In this document: positions 63,511 through 64,000 of the stretch, one piece after another
Position numbering within the stretch: position 1 is the first letter of the stretch
How the letters are laid out: every line of letters begins with the position of its first letter
Source of the DNA: Ostrea edulis
Taxonomy: Eukaryota
Assembly (NCBI RefSeq): GCF_947568905.1
Contig: NC_079173.1
Location: forward strand, 17,050,001 to 17,114,000
DNA length: 64,000 nucleotides
Direction of reading: 5' to 3'
The notes under the pieces: generated by a model
What the model saw: the letters and a program-made list of their open reading frames with translations, nothing else
Told to the model about the DNA's origin: nothing
Database searches by the model: none
Made by a program: the position numbers and the translations under genes

Positions 63511-63615
63511 CACAGGGGCTCGTCACGAATTAGCCCTCTCTATTCTATATTTACAAATATAGAATAGACGATGTCAAATTCTAATAAGACAAATATTTCG
63601 TGACGAGCCCCTGTG
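63511..63615. mobile_element. 105-bp mini-MITE with P-superfamily-like ends
   Basis: Perfect 19-bp TIRs cacaggggctcgtcacgaa / ttcgtgacgagcccctgtg; 7-bp TSD gttatat; internal 14-bp-arm hairpin. Confidence 0.85.
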
Positions 63616-64000
63616 GTTATATTGACGGCCGTTATCAAGTGATAAGCCGTATACGTGAAAGATTTTCTTGTCAAATAATATATTATTTCAATTTCGTATC
63701 AAATCACTCAACATTTTTATATTTGCGCGAAGGTCATAATTCATATTGTGACCTTGAAATCACCCCTCTATTTTCTCCCGATCTCGATCATCACTACGTT
63801 ATGTAAGAAAATCTAATTTACATAATTATTGCGAGCAGAGTGTAAAGGGGTAACGATATACGGTGTATGGTGGTGTATAAAGTGTATATATTTATATTCC
63901 TGTTACCAAAGGAAGAGTTAGGACACACTTCTGACACATAAAGAAACCCCCCTTTCCGCATTTGATTATGTCTGGCATACTCTTGAAAATGAAAAAAAAA

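Overview
AT-rich, intron-rich eukaryotic DNA. The repeat families (Helentron-type HINEs with Cg170-like cores, bivalve SINEs, abundant Penelope-like elements) suggest an oyster (Ostreidae); this is an inference. Four protein-coding loci were reconstructed by hand: (1) the last four coding exons of the Werner helicase WRN (+, 395-5437); (2) a complete 10-exon CIR1 gene (+, 9549-21096, 486 aa); (3) a class A GPCR with an uninterrupted CDS (+, 33982-34962) inside a Penelope-dense island; (4) a 5'-incomplete 10-exon minus-strand gene for a large Ig/FN3-type surface protein (44163-51400) with an oddly truncated hydrophobic C-terminus. The rest is transposon-derived or tandemly repeated: hAT, Kolobok-like, Harbinger-like and P-like MITEs, HINEs, SINEs, L1/Tx1, RTE and other LINE fragments, Naiad-like Penelope copies, several minisatellites and a 2.4 kb satellite beside a 200-N gap. 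I found no CRISPR array, rRNA or credible functional tRNA. I cannot claim a new biological system. The best leads are a recent LINE insertion with an 82-bp identical target duplication, two P-like foldback mini-elements, a minisatellite that amplifies a splice donor, TTAA-flanked elements carrying a tRNA-like module, and the receptor-like gene with an intact ectodomain but an apparently broken membrane/cytoplasmic end. All coordinates and translations were done by eye; no database searches were run.
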